Positions 1 through 8,882 of a stretch of DNA of 64,000 bases are shown in pieces (positions within the stretch are counted from its first letter, which is position 1; each line of letters starts with the position of its first letter). The notes beneath the pieces were generated by a model that was not told where the DNA came from, did no database searches, and saw only the letters and a list, made by a program, of their open reading frames with translations. The position numbers and the translations under genes were made by a program. This DNA is from Pseudomonadota bacterium (lineage in GTDB: Bacteria; Desulfobacterota; Desulfobulbia; Desulfobulbales; SURF-16): assembly GCA_043809085.1 (NCBI GenBank), contig JAZDEG010000042.1:1599-65598 (forward strand), read 5' to 3'.

Positions 1-1
1 A

Positions 2-427
2 GAATTTCGCATCTTGAAGAATGGATCATGTCCCTCATTATCAGGGCGTTCAACTTTGACTTACAACATCGGATGTATGGGTGGAGAGATATATTTACGT
101 ATTGTCGGCAACACAGAGAAAGGGATCTTCAACAAAGATTGGATTCCACTGGCACAACTTGATCCGCTGCTGGCTTCGGTAGAAAAACCGATCACGTCCG
201 GACTGCTCAAGGCAATGTTCAATGGAAAATCGGCCAATTCCGCCGGGTTTGTGATGGCGGTGCTCCTGAATGAAGGGCTGATGAAAATATCAAAGGATAA
301 CCTCCGCCATTACGAACGGGTTGATCCCGCTGAATTCATGAAAGGTGTCCCGGCCCTCATGGAGTCAGAGCCGGACGACACTCCGCAGCCGAAAACCGAG
401 AAGAAACGAAAGAAGGAGAGCCTATGA
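2..427 (+). CDS. hypothetical protein of the integrative element; 5' end runs off the window
   Basis: The frame is open from nt 2 to the window edge (EFRILKNG...). The stop TGA is at 425-427. I recognise no motif. The C-terminal tail is basic (KTEKKRKKESL). Confidence 0.45.
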   Translation, partial: EFRILKNGSCPSLSGRSTLTYNIGCMGGEIYLRIVGNTEKGIFNKDWIPLAQLDPLLASVEKPITSGLLKAMFNGKSANSAGFVMAVLLNEGLMKISKDNLRHYERVDPAEFMKGVPALMESEPDDTPQPKTEKKRKKESL

Positions 428-594
428 TTGCCATAACCTGTTCCCTCGTGACCGCCGCCGTTCTCTGCATGTTCTTTGCTTCAACACGCGGAATCGGAGT
501 TCTTTGTGCAACAATACTCTGCTACCTCTATCCCATCCCCGTGACCGTGGCCTTGATTTTAATCGGGATCGGTCTCTTTTATTACAAAAGGTGA
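424..594 (+). CDS. small (56 aa) two-helix membrane protein
   Basis: Not in the ORF track because it is under 60 aa. ATG 424-426 overlaps the upstream stop (ATGA). It translates to MIAITCSLVTAAVLCMFFASTRGIGVLCATILCYLYPIPVTVALILIGIGLFYYKR, with stop TGA at 592-594. The sequence has two hydrophobic stretches. Confidence 0.4.
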   Translation: MIAITCSLVTAAVLCMFFASTRGIGVLCATILCYLYPIPVTVALILIGIGLFYYKR

Positions 595-659
595 AAACCC
601 GCCGCCAGACTGGTCATCACGAGGCGACTCTGGGGCAATCACTTTCATCCCTGAAAAAC

Positions 660-860
660 TGAAAACCTGAAATTCTGCGAATCTGAGGGGGTGAGGGTGG
701 CCGACCTGAGCCCAGTGTGAGTCGTTCTGCGGAGGGGAAGGGGTGGCGCCCGTCGGCGGGGAGGATCGCGCCACAGCGGGCAAATCTGGGGCCTACTCGG
801 AGCTCCTGGGGTGCCTTCGCGGCTCCGGGGCTCCCGCCGGGCCAGAATTTCAGGTTTTCA
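660..860. repeat. perfect 18-bp inverted repeat closing a 165-nt GC-rich non-coding insert (candidate structured RNA or MITE-like element)
   Basis: TGAAAACCTGAAATTCTG (660-677) is the exact reverse complement of CAGAATTTCAGGTTTTCA (843-860). The interior has further stems: GTGGCGC 743-749 with GCGCCAC 768-774, and CGGAGC 798-803 with GCTCCG 822-827. Only mutually overlapping ORFs on both strands occur here. Confidence 0.8.
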
Positions 861-1139
861 CCGTTTTGGTGTCGATGTTGCGTGTTCAGGCTGGAAGTGG
901 GAACGTGATTTTTATTAATTAAGGGCTGACTTTTCCCAAACATGTAGGAGGCGTGTGGAGGTTGTCGGCATTCTCTCTAGCCCGGAAAAACAGATATTTA
1001 TTTTCATTACTCCAAAATGGAACTTTAGATATCCTCTCGGTCACAGTATTATTGAATTCTTACTCGAACGAAACCAAACAGGCCATATAAATAGGCATTT
1101 TCGGGTACACTTTTATCATTTTTCAAAAGGAGTCGGCCC

Positions 1140-1976
1140 ATGAATAGAGCTGTTCCATCATCAATCACCATAGAAGAGGCCGTGGCTGAAATGGTAAATA
1201 TGGATTACATCCCCGCCGGGTTTACTTTGCTTGAAATGATAGCGGCTTTCCAAGAAGAGGCAGAGGCCAACTATGAGAATGCACAGATAGATCGCTTGCC
1301 AGAAGATCAAATTACACCCCTCAAAATCCGTATGGAGAGTTGCAGGGCCAGACATACACTCGCTCATCTACTAATGGAAAGTCTTCAATATGAAGTCGAT
1401 AATCCGAAAGATTCAATGATTGTTCTTTCCAATGATTCTTCCAGCAAGCAACGTTTGACTTTGACGAGCGTTTCTGACTGGGCAGCTGATAGATATGGAA
1501 TAGGTGTTTCAAGATGGACGAATGATGTAAAAAAGGTTGGCGATAATTTAAAGAATGTTCCGTGGGAAGATGTCACTGTCAAAATTTGGAAAGACAACAA
1601 AATTGGCTATTCCTGCAAGAAAGGAGAGTTCAAAAGGTCGCATTTTCAAAAAATTGGCCTTATGGGCAAGGTTAAAAATGAACCAAACCAACGGGGTGGA
1701 ATTTTGATCGGTCTCAGTCTAGAAAAAAAATTTCCTAGAGGAAATTATGCTGAAGCTAGTGAGAAAACGGCAATATCAAAACTCAGACGTGTCCTTTGCA
1801 AGTGGGTCGGTTTGTCAACTGATCCGTTTAAGCCATGCAATGAGAGTGAAGGTTGGAAGCCTAGGTTTACACTGTTAAATGACATTCATAACGCAGATGA
1901 ACGAGCCAAAAAGAAGGCCACCCATCTGCGTTATGATGAGTCCAGGTCTTACGATACTGATGATATCAACGATTGA
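1140..1976 (+). CDS. hypothetical protein (278 aa), island cargo
   Basis: ATG is preceded by AAGGAG about 7 nt upstream. The ORF is clean and I recognise no catalytic motif. Confidence 0.6.
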   Translation: MNRAVPSSITIEEAVAEMVNMDYIPAGFTLLEMIAAFQEEAEANYENAQIDRLPEDQITPLKIRMESCRARHTLAHLLMESLQYEVDNPKDSMIVLSNDSSSKQRLTLTSVSDWAADRYGIGVSRWTNDVKKVGDNLKNVPWEDVTVKIWKDNKIGYSCKKGEFKRSHFQKIGLMGKVKNEPNQRGGILIGLSLEKKFPRGNYAEASEKTAISKLRRVLCKWVGLSTDPFKPCNESEGWKPRFTLLNDIHNADERAKKKATHLRYDESRSYDTDDIND

Positions 1977-2197
1977 AGCAGACCCATTTGCATACTGTTA
2001 CCAGTAACCCCCATCTGTGAAATTATTTTCTAAATATAATAGAGCATAACATACTGATATAATATATAAATTTTAATTCTTAGCTGCTTCTCTATTACCA
2101 GTAACGCATTGCTTTTAAGAGATGCGGAACTGGCCACAACAAACAATCCATTTTCTTCATCTCCCATAAAATCCAATACTGGAAAAGGAGAAGAAGC

Positions 2198-4651
2198 ATG
2201 GACAAGCTGAACACGCAACAAAACAACCTCAAAAGCCCATCAGTATCATCAATCGACCCCAGGACAATACGAATTGGGAGTTCTCCTCACGCAATACAAC
2301 CTGCATCAATTCTGGGCAGCAAGCCTCTGAGTGATTGGCGGGGGTCAGTGACTACATTCAAGGGCTTTACAGGTACCATTCCTGAGCGGGAGTTGAAAGA
2401 CGCAGGATGGGATGAGATCTGTGCATTGTTGTGCCCGCCTAAACCAACAATTCTTTCCGATAAGAAGCAAGGACAATATGTTATTCCGTGCTTGCTCAGA
2501 GAAGCACCTCTTGTCGGCAACACACTTGAAGCCGCGAAGAATAAGGGGACTTCCATCATCGGCAAGATGCGTTCAAAAAATCACGCCACTGAAGCCTCAA
2601 TGCTCATTATTGACGTTGATGGTCTTACCGCATCTGATTTCATGGCAGCTCTGGATAAAATTAAAGCGGATGGGATTACCTTTCTGGCCTACACCACACA
2701 TTCACATGGCAGCGTTGATAAACCGGGTGTGCGGGCTCGCTTGGTGATACCGCTAGATCGCTCTGTGACAATTGAAGAATATGAGCCGGCATGGCATGGT
2801 TTTGATGAAAAGTATTTTGACGGGCGAGCAGGTAAAGCAGACTCGTCTGGAGCAAAAATGTACCAACAACAGGGTACATGGTGTTGTCATCCATCGCGGG
2901 TTAATCAAGCAGAGTTTTGGACGCATAGCGGCGGTGTTGCAACAACTGACGTACTGATTGAAATAAGTCGGGTTGTTCAAGCTCCTCAGGCAATCAAAGC
3001 GCCAAGCTCAATCACTGCGAATGAAGATCGGAACAACACATACCCACCTTGCGATGCAGGCAAGATCGCAAATGCTTGTCGGCAAATCGGTTCTTTTCGT
3101 GATAACAAAGGTGCCGTTCAAAGCGAACCTCTTTGGTATGACTGCCTTGGTATTGTTGGCCATTGCCAGAACGGTGCAGACATCTGCCAGGAATGGAGTA
3201 GTGGTTATTCTGGATATGATAAGACCGAGACAGCGAAAAAGATTGCTCAGCGTGTGAATACTCCGCCAACAACCTGCAATCAGTTTCGGAAAACCAACCC
3301 CGCAGGCTGCACTGGTTGTACTCAGAACTGCAAGAGCCCAATAGCACTCGGTCAGGGGGTAATGGACGCACTGCCGACTATACAACAGCGGTTCGGATTG
3401 ATCAATATGAATGGCAAAATTTGGGTTCTTGACCGAAGTGCACTGGACGCACGCACCGACCAAGGTTGCGCCGAAAATCTAAAATTGTCCAACCGCAGCG
3501 ATGGCAAGTTGCAGATCGAGCGCGCCTTGAAATCGCAATATCCACAAGCCGATGTATCCCAAATCGTAAAAGAGTTTTGGCACGATCCCGGAACCATTTG
3601 TTACAGTGGTGTTGAGTTCAATCCGAAAGGATCGTCTGACAAATACCTTAATTTGTGGGTTGGGCCGACTATTAGTCCAATGTCAGGAAAGTGGTCCGGG
3701 ATTAAGTCGTTCTTGCTCGAAATTGTTTGTGATGGCGATCAAGCAGCCTACAATTATCTGCTCGGATATATTGCGCATGCCTTGCAGCGCCCTGAGGAAA
3801 AACCGGGGGTCATGATTATCTTGATAGGAGGACAAGGTATCGGCAAAGGCACTCTGGGTAGTATTTTCCGAAAGATTTGGAATGCAACCTATATCCAGGT
3901 GAATAACATCGATGCCGTGACAGGCAATTTTAATGCTTCCTTGGAACGCGCCTTCATCGTGTTTATGGATGAAGCCCTTTTCTCAGGAAACCGTCGTGCC
4001 TCGGATGCACTGAAATCACTAGTTACAGAACCCATTATTCATATCAACGAAAAATACCAACCGGCAAGACAGACCCGGAGTTACCATCGCTTTATTGCCG
4101 CAACAAATGCTTCACACTTTAAGAATACAGAGCGAGACGACCGGCGCGATTTTACTTTGCGCGTATCCGAGTCTCGAAAGGGCGATCATGCCTACTGGAA
4201 CGAGCTCAATAACGAGATCGACCATGGCGGCGTTGAGGCTATGGCTTATGACCTACTGGCTATGGATTTGTCCTGTTTTAATGTCAGAGATAAACCAAAC
4301 ACTAATGAGCTGTTAGAGCAAAAGTTGCACGGTCTTGAGCCCATTCCCCGTTGGTGGCACGATTGCCTTTACCGTGGCGCAATTCCTGAGGGCGATAAAT
4401 GGCCAGAGTTTGTGAGTACTGCAAAGGCTATAGAAGGAATTCTTCAAGTAGCTGGAGGGAAAATCTACCAAAAGCCCAGTGCAATTAGCGTAGTACAGGA
4501 GATGATGAAACTTTGTCCCAGTGCCAAGAGTGGTCAGAAGCAGATAAACCATGATCGTCATCGTGGTTTATCTTTGCCTTCTCTCCAACAAGCTCGCGTT
4601 GAGTTTGAGCAGTATATCGGGGGGGCTGTGCAATGGGAGAAGGAACTGTGA
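2198..4651 (+). CDS. phage/plasmid-type DNA primase-helicase (Prim-Pol-like N-terminus, PriCT-2-like Cys-rich middle, D5/P4-type P-loop NTPase C-terminus)
   Basis: 817 aa with AAGGAG upstream. The middle segment is CRQIGSFRDNKGAVQSEPLWYDCLGIVGHCQNGADICQEW. Walker A is GGQGIGKGT and Walker B is IVFMDEA. Confidence 0.8.
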   Translation: MDKLNTQQNNLKSPSVSSIDPRTIRIGSSPHAIQPASILGSKPLSDWRGSVTTFKGFTGTIPERELKDAGWDEICALLCPPKPTILSDKKQGQYVIPCLLREAPLVGNTLEAAKNKGTSIIGKMRSKNHATEASMLIIDVDGLTASDFMAALDKIKADGITFLAYTTHSHGSVDKPGVRARLVIPLDRSVTIEEYEPAWHGFDEKYFDGRAGKADSSGAKMYQQQGTWCCHPSRVNQAEFWTHSGGVATTDVLIEISRVVQAPQAIKAPSSITANEDRNNTYPPCDAGKIANACRQIGSFRDNKGAVQSEPLWYDCLGIVGHCQNGADICQEWSSGYSGYDKTETAKKIAQRVNTPPTTCNQFRKTNPAGCTGCTQNCKSPIALGQGVMDALPTIQQRFGLINMNGKIWVLDRSALDARTDQGCAENLKLSNRSDGKLQIERALKSQYPQADVSQIVKEFWHDPGTICYSGVEFNPKGSSDKYLNLWVGPTISPMSGKWSGIKSFLLEIVCDGDQAAYNYLLGYIAHALQRPEEKPGVMIILIGGQGIGKGTLGSIFRKIWNATYIQVNNIDAVTGNFNASLERAFIVFMDEALFSGNRRASDALKSLVTEPIIHINEKYQPARQTRSYHRFIAATNASHFKNTERDDRRDFTLRVSESRKGDHAYWNELNNEIDHGGVEAMAYDLLAMDLSCFNVRDKPNTNELLEQKLHGLEPIPRWWHDCLYRGAIPEGDKWPEFVSTAKAIEGILQVAGGKIYQKPSAISVVQEMMKLCPSAKSGQKQINHDRHRGLSLPSLQQARVEFEQYIGGAVQWEKEL

Positions 4652-4655
4652 AAAT

Positions 4656-4741
4656 GCACGGAGTACTCGGAGGGGGCTCGGGATGCCGTGCGCCAGAGTC
4701 CCAGTCCTGGCGAGGCTTTCTGGGAAACGCACGGAGTGCTC
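4656..4741 (+). repeat. 13-nt direct repeat GCACGGAGTRCTC x2 in the GC-rich spacer after the primase gene
   Basis: GCACGGAGTACTC is at 4656-4668 and GCACGGAGTGCTC at 4729-4741. Between them, CCGTGCG (4686-4692) can pair with either copy. A T7 run follows at 4745-4751. Confidence 0.6.
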
Positions 4742-5105
4742 ACTTTTTTTAAAAATTATTATTTTTCCTGGGGGAGGACACATAGCCTCTAGCTTTTGCC
4801 GGAAAATTTTTTGGAAAAGGTCCGAGCGGTCCGTGCGTCCCCCGAACCCCATGCCCAGCATGGATTTGTGGCGAACATTAGGTGCGTTGCGCCCGTGCGC
4901 TGTCGTGCGCCTGCTGGAGTACCCTCAGGCCTGCCGCCTGCCCTCCCTCCGGACGCCGGGTTCTGCAAAATGCAATCTGCTCGAAATTTAAGGAAAAACA
5001 AAAAAAATTTACAAAAAAAATGGGTACCTGTGCGCATCTGGTCATTCCGTAAAGAATCGCCGGTTGCCATGGGCTGCATCAAAAATCTTAGTAAGGAGGC
5101 TTATT

Positions 5106-6296
5106 ATGCCTGTTGTTTCTTTATCTGCTGAATTTGTGAGAAATGCTATTTGCCCAGAAGGCAAGTCGAAAGAAAATTATTATGACACCGCAATTACCGG
5201 CTTCATCCTGGAGGTCAGATCAACCGGCGGCAAAACGTATGCTCTCCGGTATAAGGACCCGAACGGTCGGCAATGCCAGCATAAAATTGGTGACAGCAAG
5301 TCAATAAGTTTTGATAAAGCAAAAAATGCCGCGCAGATTATACGGTCCCGAGTTGTGCTGGGGGAAGATCCTTCTGCGGAAAAAAGAATAAAACGTATGG
5401 TCCCTACTCTCGCTGATTTTTGCAGGGATCGTTATATGCCCTTTGCCAAGAGCTACAAGCGGTCCTGGAAGTCGGATGATAGTCTTCTGAGGAATCATCT
5501 CCTGCCCCGGTTCGGCTCATCCCTCATGGACAAAATCAGTCAGGCCGACATTATCGATTTTCATCATTCTATGAAAGCCGAGGGATATGCACTCGGGATG
5601 GCCAATCGCCCAGTTGTTTTATTGAAATATATTTTCAATGTTGCGTTGAAGTGGAAAACACCGGGTATTGAGTCGAACCCTGCTGCCGAGGTGAAATTAT
5701 TTGAGGCCAACAATGCCAGGGAAAGATATCTTACGGCGGAGGAAAGCCATAGATTAATGGAAGCCCTTGAGCATAATGAAAACACTCAGATGAAATATAT
5801 TGTGCCTTTGTTATTATTGACCGGTGCCCGGAAGCGTGAATTACTTGATGCCTGCTGGGAACATTTCGACCTGGAACGGAGTGCCTGGAGAATACCGATG
5901 TCAAAGACAGGCAAGGCGCGTCACGTACCGCTTTCATCAGCTGTTTTATCTATTTTGGCTCAGCTGCCACGATGGGAAGGCTGTCCGTATCTCGTCCCGA
6001 ATCCCAAGACTCTCAAGCCTTACAATCAGATTCATTTCAGTTGGAATAAAGCAAGAATAGCTGCTGACCTACCGGGCGTCAGAATGCACGACCTCCGACA
6101 CAGCATGGCCTCCAACATGGTCAACTCTGGACGATCTCTGTATGAAGTTGCCACGGTTCTGGGCCATAGTCAACTGAAGACGACCCAGCGGTATGCGCAT
6201 CTCTCACAGGAGACGCTTTTGGAAGCGGTCAATTCCGCAGCCAATGCCACAGGTCTCATTTGGGGGCAAGGAAAAACAGAGAAGGCAATCCCTTGA
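5106..6296 (+). CDS. int: tyrosine site-specific integrase (P4-type, DUF4102-like arm-binding N-terminus)
   Basis: SD AAGGAGG is at 5093-5099, followed by ATG at 5106 (the track ORF starts earlier, at 5064). The N-terminus is MPVVSLSAEFVRNAICPEGKSKENYYDTAITGFILEVRSTGGKTYALRY. The catalytic signature is ARHVPL, HDLRHS, GHSQLKTTQRYAH. Confidence 0.9.
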   Translation: MPVVSLSAEFVRNAICPEGKSKENYYDTAITGFILEVRSTGGKTYALRYKDPNGRQCQHKIGDSKSISFDKAKNAAQIIRSRVVLGEDPSAEKRIKRMVPTLADFCRDRYMPFAKSYKRSWKSDDSLLRNHLLPRFGSSLMDKISQADIIDFHHSMKAEGYALGMANRPVVLLKYIFNVALKWKTPGIESNPAAEVKLFEANNARERYLTAEESHRLMEALEHNENTQMKYIVPLLLLTGARKRELLDACWEHFDLERSAWRIPMSKTGKARHVPLSSAVLSILAQLPRWEGCPYLVPNPKTLKPYNQIHFSWNKARIAADLPGVRMHDLRHSMASNMVNSGRSLYEVATVLGHSQLKTTQRYAHLSQETLLEAVNSAANATGLIWGQGKTEKAIP

Positions 6297-6310
6297 GAAG
6301 ACTCACCGCG

Positions 6311-6341
6311 AACCCACCCATCAGTGGAAATTGGGTGGGTT
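6311..6341 (+). other. 10-bp stem hairpin just after the integrase stop
   Basis: AACCCACCCA (6311-6320) pairs with TGGGTGGGTT (6332-6341). No T-run follows it. Confidence 0.5.
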
Positions 6342-6518
6342 GGGTGGTCGGTGGGGAGAATTAGTTGTGTCGATTTAGGCAAAGGGTTATAACTTTAATA
6401 AAGTGGCAAATGCATACTTTGAACAGGTGGGTGGTGCTTGGGTGAGCCGACTGAAAATCCCCAAAAAAGCCCGTATAACCTCGGAAACAATCAACTTTTG
6501 CCTGACAGTTCCATGAAT

Positions 6519-6866
6519 TGCTGGTACCAGTGCACGGTGAAGGGCGGCCGGGAGGGGCGCGATGTGGATGCTGTGCAGTTGGCGCAAACCTGCCAGGAGT
6601 TGGGGGCCGGGGAGATTCTCTTAAACTGCATCGACAAGGACGGCACCAACTCAGGCTTTGATCTGGAGTTGATCAATCAGGTGAAAAAAGCGGTCTCCAT
6701 TCCGGTTATCGCCTCAAGCGGCGCAGGCAAAGTGGAGCATTTCTCCGAGGTGTTTGAAAAGACGGATGCCGAAGCGGCACTCGCCGCCGGAATCTTCCAC
6801 CGCAAGGAAGTGCCCATTGCGGCGGTGAAGAAGCACATGCGGGAGAAGGGGATTGAGACGCGGTAA
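6519..6866 (+). pseudogene. hisF: hisF (imidazole glycerol phosphate synthase cyclase subunit), 3' fragment only (about 115 C-terminal residues)
   Basis: [71 protein letters not shown] matches the C-terminal half-barrel of HisF. The roughly 150 N-terminal residues have no room upstream, because the integrase ends at 6296. Confidence 0.75.
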
Positions 6867-7120
6867 AGGTGGGGAAGAGAGTGGCGGGAGTAAAAGAAAC
6901 TTTATTTCAGCTATGGAGATTTCAGCAAGATTGTAGGGAATCTTTAGCTGTATAGTCAGGATGTTTTAGGGAGATAGTTTGACTTTGGAATGATTAAAAA
7001 ATAAATTTTGTCCCGGATTTTCCGGATTTTCATATTTTAATTGTCAAAAGTCCTGCCACAGTAGTTTGGTGGTGGCAGCTTGGCGTCATAAACTCTTCGG
7101 ACACGCCCCGTATATCGCAG

Positions 7121-7342
7121 TTAATCTTTCAACCACAGATTCTGAGATATCGGCTTTTCACTTACGTAGAATTCTAATGTCCGGCAGATCCGAGAAAGAG
7201 ATTTCTTCAGAGTACTCATATGTTGCAACTGCTTCTGATGGACGCGGAACCTCATGATAGGCAGTGACTGTCTTGTTCCGCTAATCTCCCCAGATTGAGT
7301 GAGGTGCCATTCTGTCCATTCATGACTTGCGGCCATAATCAT
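7121..7342 (-). CDS. small hypothetical protein (73 aa)
   Basis: GGAGAAAAATG provides an SD. A downstream hairpin is formed by CTGCCAC/GTGGCAG (about 7054-7078). The region is low-GC. I recognise no motif. Confidence 0.35.
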   Translation of the reverse strand: MIMAASHEWTEWHLTQSGEISGTRQSLPIMRFRVHQKQLQHMSTLKKSLSRICRTLEFYVSEKPISQNLWLKD

Positions 7343-7408
7343 TTTTCTCCTTCACTCTCATTGATACAGAGGAATGTAATTATGTTTTGTTATTTTATCC
7401 TGAATCGC

Positions 7409-7900
7409 CTAAGCCCTATTTCCAACAATGATCTCGTGTTGTACCATCCATGGGAAAAGCTCATCAACTTGCCGACAATGAATTTGAAAAATTTCAGAGT
7501 TTTTAGTCCTTTTATGCATATTGCTCAGAGCTTTTGTCGGGATATCTTTTTTAGGTACTAAAAACATTCGAACATTGTTAGGGTATATACCAATAAAACA
7601 AATGTGTGTGAAAGAATCTCTTGGGCAGATTTGCTTCCAGGATATTAAAGGATAACCGTTCGCCAAAGAGACGGTGGCCAACTTGACTTGTATACATTTT
7701 TTTTGTGACTCTATATCATAACCACTCTCACTGTTCTTTACTTTATTTCCGCCGAGTATTTCTACGGCCAATTGTTTGCCAATCATGCCAAGTTTTGTCG
7801 GCCCAAGAGTCTTTATCCAAGCATTTTCTGAGTCCGCCCACATCGGATCAGATAATTTTTCTTTAAGAGATTCAAATTTTCGCTGGATAAAATTCTCCAT
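7409..7900 (-). CDS. hypothetical protein with a PD-(D/E)xK-like (restriction-endonuclease-fold) motif order
   Basis: The ATG at 7900 has AAGGAA 6 nt upstream (the track starts at TTG 7918). The motif order is GKQLAVEIL ... GYDIES ... CIQVKLAT, an E / D / (Q)xK arrangement. The Q in place of E makes the call tentative. Confidence 0.45.
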   Translation of the reverse strand: MENFIQRKFESLKEKLSDPMWADSENAWIKTLGPTKLGMIGKQLAVEILGGNKVKNSESGYDIESQKKCIQVKLATVSLANGYPLISWKQICPRDSFTHICFIGIYPNNVRMFLVPKKDIPTKALSNMHKRTKNSEIFQIHCRQVDELFPWMVQHEIIVGNRA

Positions 7901-8041
7901 TCCCATTTCCTTATGCAAAATAATGATAAGTAAGTTGATAAGTTGCGATAAACGTTAGGTTTGTTTAGGTCTCTAAGGGCGGAGATAAGTCAACTTCTGT
8001 TGCCAGCCGCCCGAATCCCTCGTCTTCAAGACGAGGGTTGT

Positions 8042-8776
8042 TCAGTTGGAATTCTTGTGGTGTCGCCAAAGGTCACTAACATGCCCCTCAATATTCCCTA
8101 TTTCATCAGAATAATAATCGAGATCCTTCCAAATTTCTTTATCGTCATTTTCTCCGAAAGCAGTTTGAAAATCATCTCTTGCCATTCTGAGAAGATCTGC
8201 AGCCATTCTAATTCGTTTCTTGATCCTTTTAATTTGGATTTCTTCCGCGGGAAAAGTCCCTGGAGATAAATCAGGCATTGAAGGAAAGTCTGCGGGGGTA
8301 ATAACCGCAGATGAATCCGGCAGGAATCTAAACCCAACAAGTGCAGCATGATGTCGTGCCGTTTCATTTTGAAAGGTAATTCGCTGTTCATTACGGCCAG
8401 TGGAGAACAGGTAAGGAAGGATTACCTTTGTAAGCGCTATTACGAGGTAACCCTTACCCTGGTTTTCTGGTTGCACGAAAACATGAAGGTCTTGTTGTTG
8501 TGGTTCCATATCATAAACAGCTGCGACAATTTTGCCGCTGTCTTTGATGAAAAACATACGGACACCATTATATTTGTAAACATCATCACTATCACTTTCA
8601 ATCCAAACTCTACCTAATAACACATTAGATGAAAGTGGTCGCAAAAAGACCAACTCTGATGACTCTCCATTAGACATTGAATTCAAACAACGAAGGGGGG
8701 GGCAAGTCACCGTTTGACTCTTCTCAATCGCAGATTCTATTTTGAAATCTTGTTTTTTCTTTTTCCTTTTATGCAA
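8042..8776 (-). CDS. GNAT-family N-acetyltransferase domain fused to a roughly 90-aa charged helical C-terminal extension
   Basis: LVFLRPL..(beta strands)..VQPENQGKGYLVIALTKVILPYLF..ARHHAALVGFRF is the GNAT acetyl-CoA loop pattern (Q/RxxGxG). The maximal ORF starts at TTG 8776 and the first ATG is at 8677. A stem-loop at 8017-8037 directly follows the stop. Confidence 0.6.
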   Translation of the reverse strand: MHKRKKKKQDFKIESAIEKSQTVTCPPLRCLNSMSNGESSELVFLRPLSSNVLLGRVWIESDSDDVYKYNGVRMFFIKDSGKIVAAVYDMEPQQQDLHVFVQPENQGKGYLVIALTKVILPYLFSTGRNEQRITFQNETARHHAALVGFRFLPDSSAVITPADFPSMPDLSPGTFPAEEIQIKRIKKRIRMAADLLRMARDDFQTAFGENDDKEIWKDLDYYSDEIGNIEGHVSDLWRHHKNSN

Positions 8777-8822
8777 ATTCCTGAAAGAAAAAAAAACTTA
8801 CAGTCAACATATTTCCAAAATA

Positions 8823-8882
8823 GACTAACAAGCACTATTTACTTTAAGGCAATAATTTGCAAGGAAAATATGGGGATGAAAG
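8823..8882 (+). repeat. left copy of a 60-bp direct repeat (duplicate of the cls promoter-proximal region plus the first 13 nt of cls)
   Basis: 54/60 identical to 10217-10276. The last 32 nt, AATAATTTGCAAGGAAAATATGGGGATGAAAG, are identical. Confidence 0.9.

Larger units (their letters stand above)
1..6518. mobile_element. integrative element (right-hand part; left end outside the window) with the integrase at the junction
   Basis: The integrase is the last gene before a 5'-truncated hisF. The element carries a primase-helicase and orphan hypotheticals. Base composition is mixed, with two GC-rich non-coding inserts. Confidence 0.7.

Noticed and set aside
559-943. Track ORFs across the two GC-rich inserts (345-662, 559-783, 617-943, 717-908; also 4551-4991, 4568-4861, 4789-5082, 4796-5131).
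   Set aside because: They overlap each other on both strands, have no SD and give Pro/Arg/Gly-rich nonsense translations. The regions are better explained as structured non-coding DNA.
660-1976. Retron interpretation of the inverted-repeat-flanked GC-rich element.
   Set aside because: No reverse transcriptase is present. The downstream 278-aa protein has no YxDD-type motif, and nothing RT-like occurs in the island.
6297-6520. An expected tRNA/tmRNA integration target next to the P4-type integrase.
   Set aside because: I found no T-loop (GGTTCRANYC) or acceptor-like sequence here or elsewhere in the window. The junction instead runs into a hisF 3' fragment. tRNAscan-SE should confirm this.
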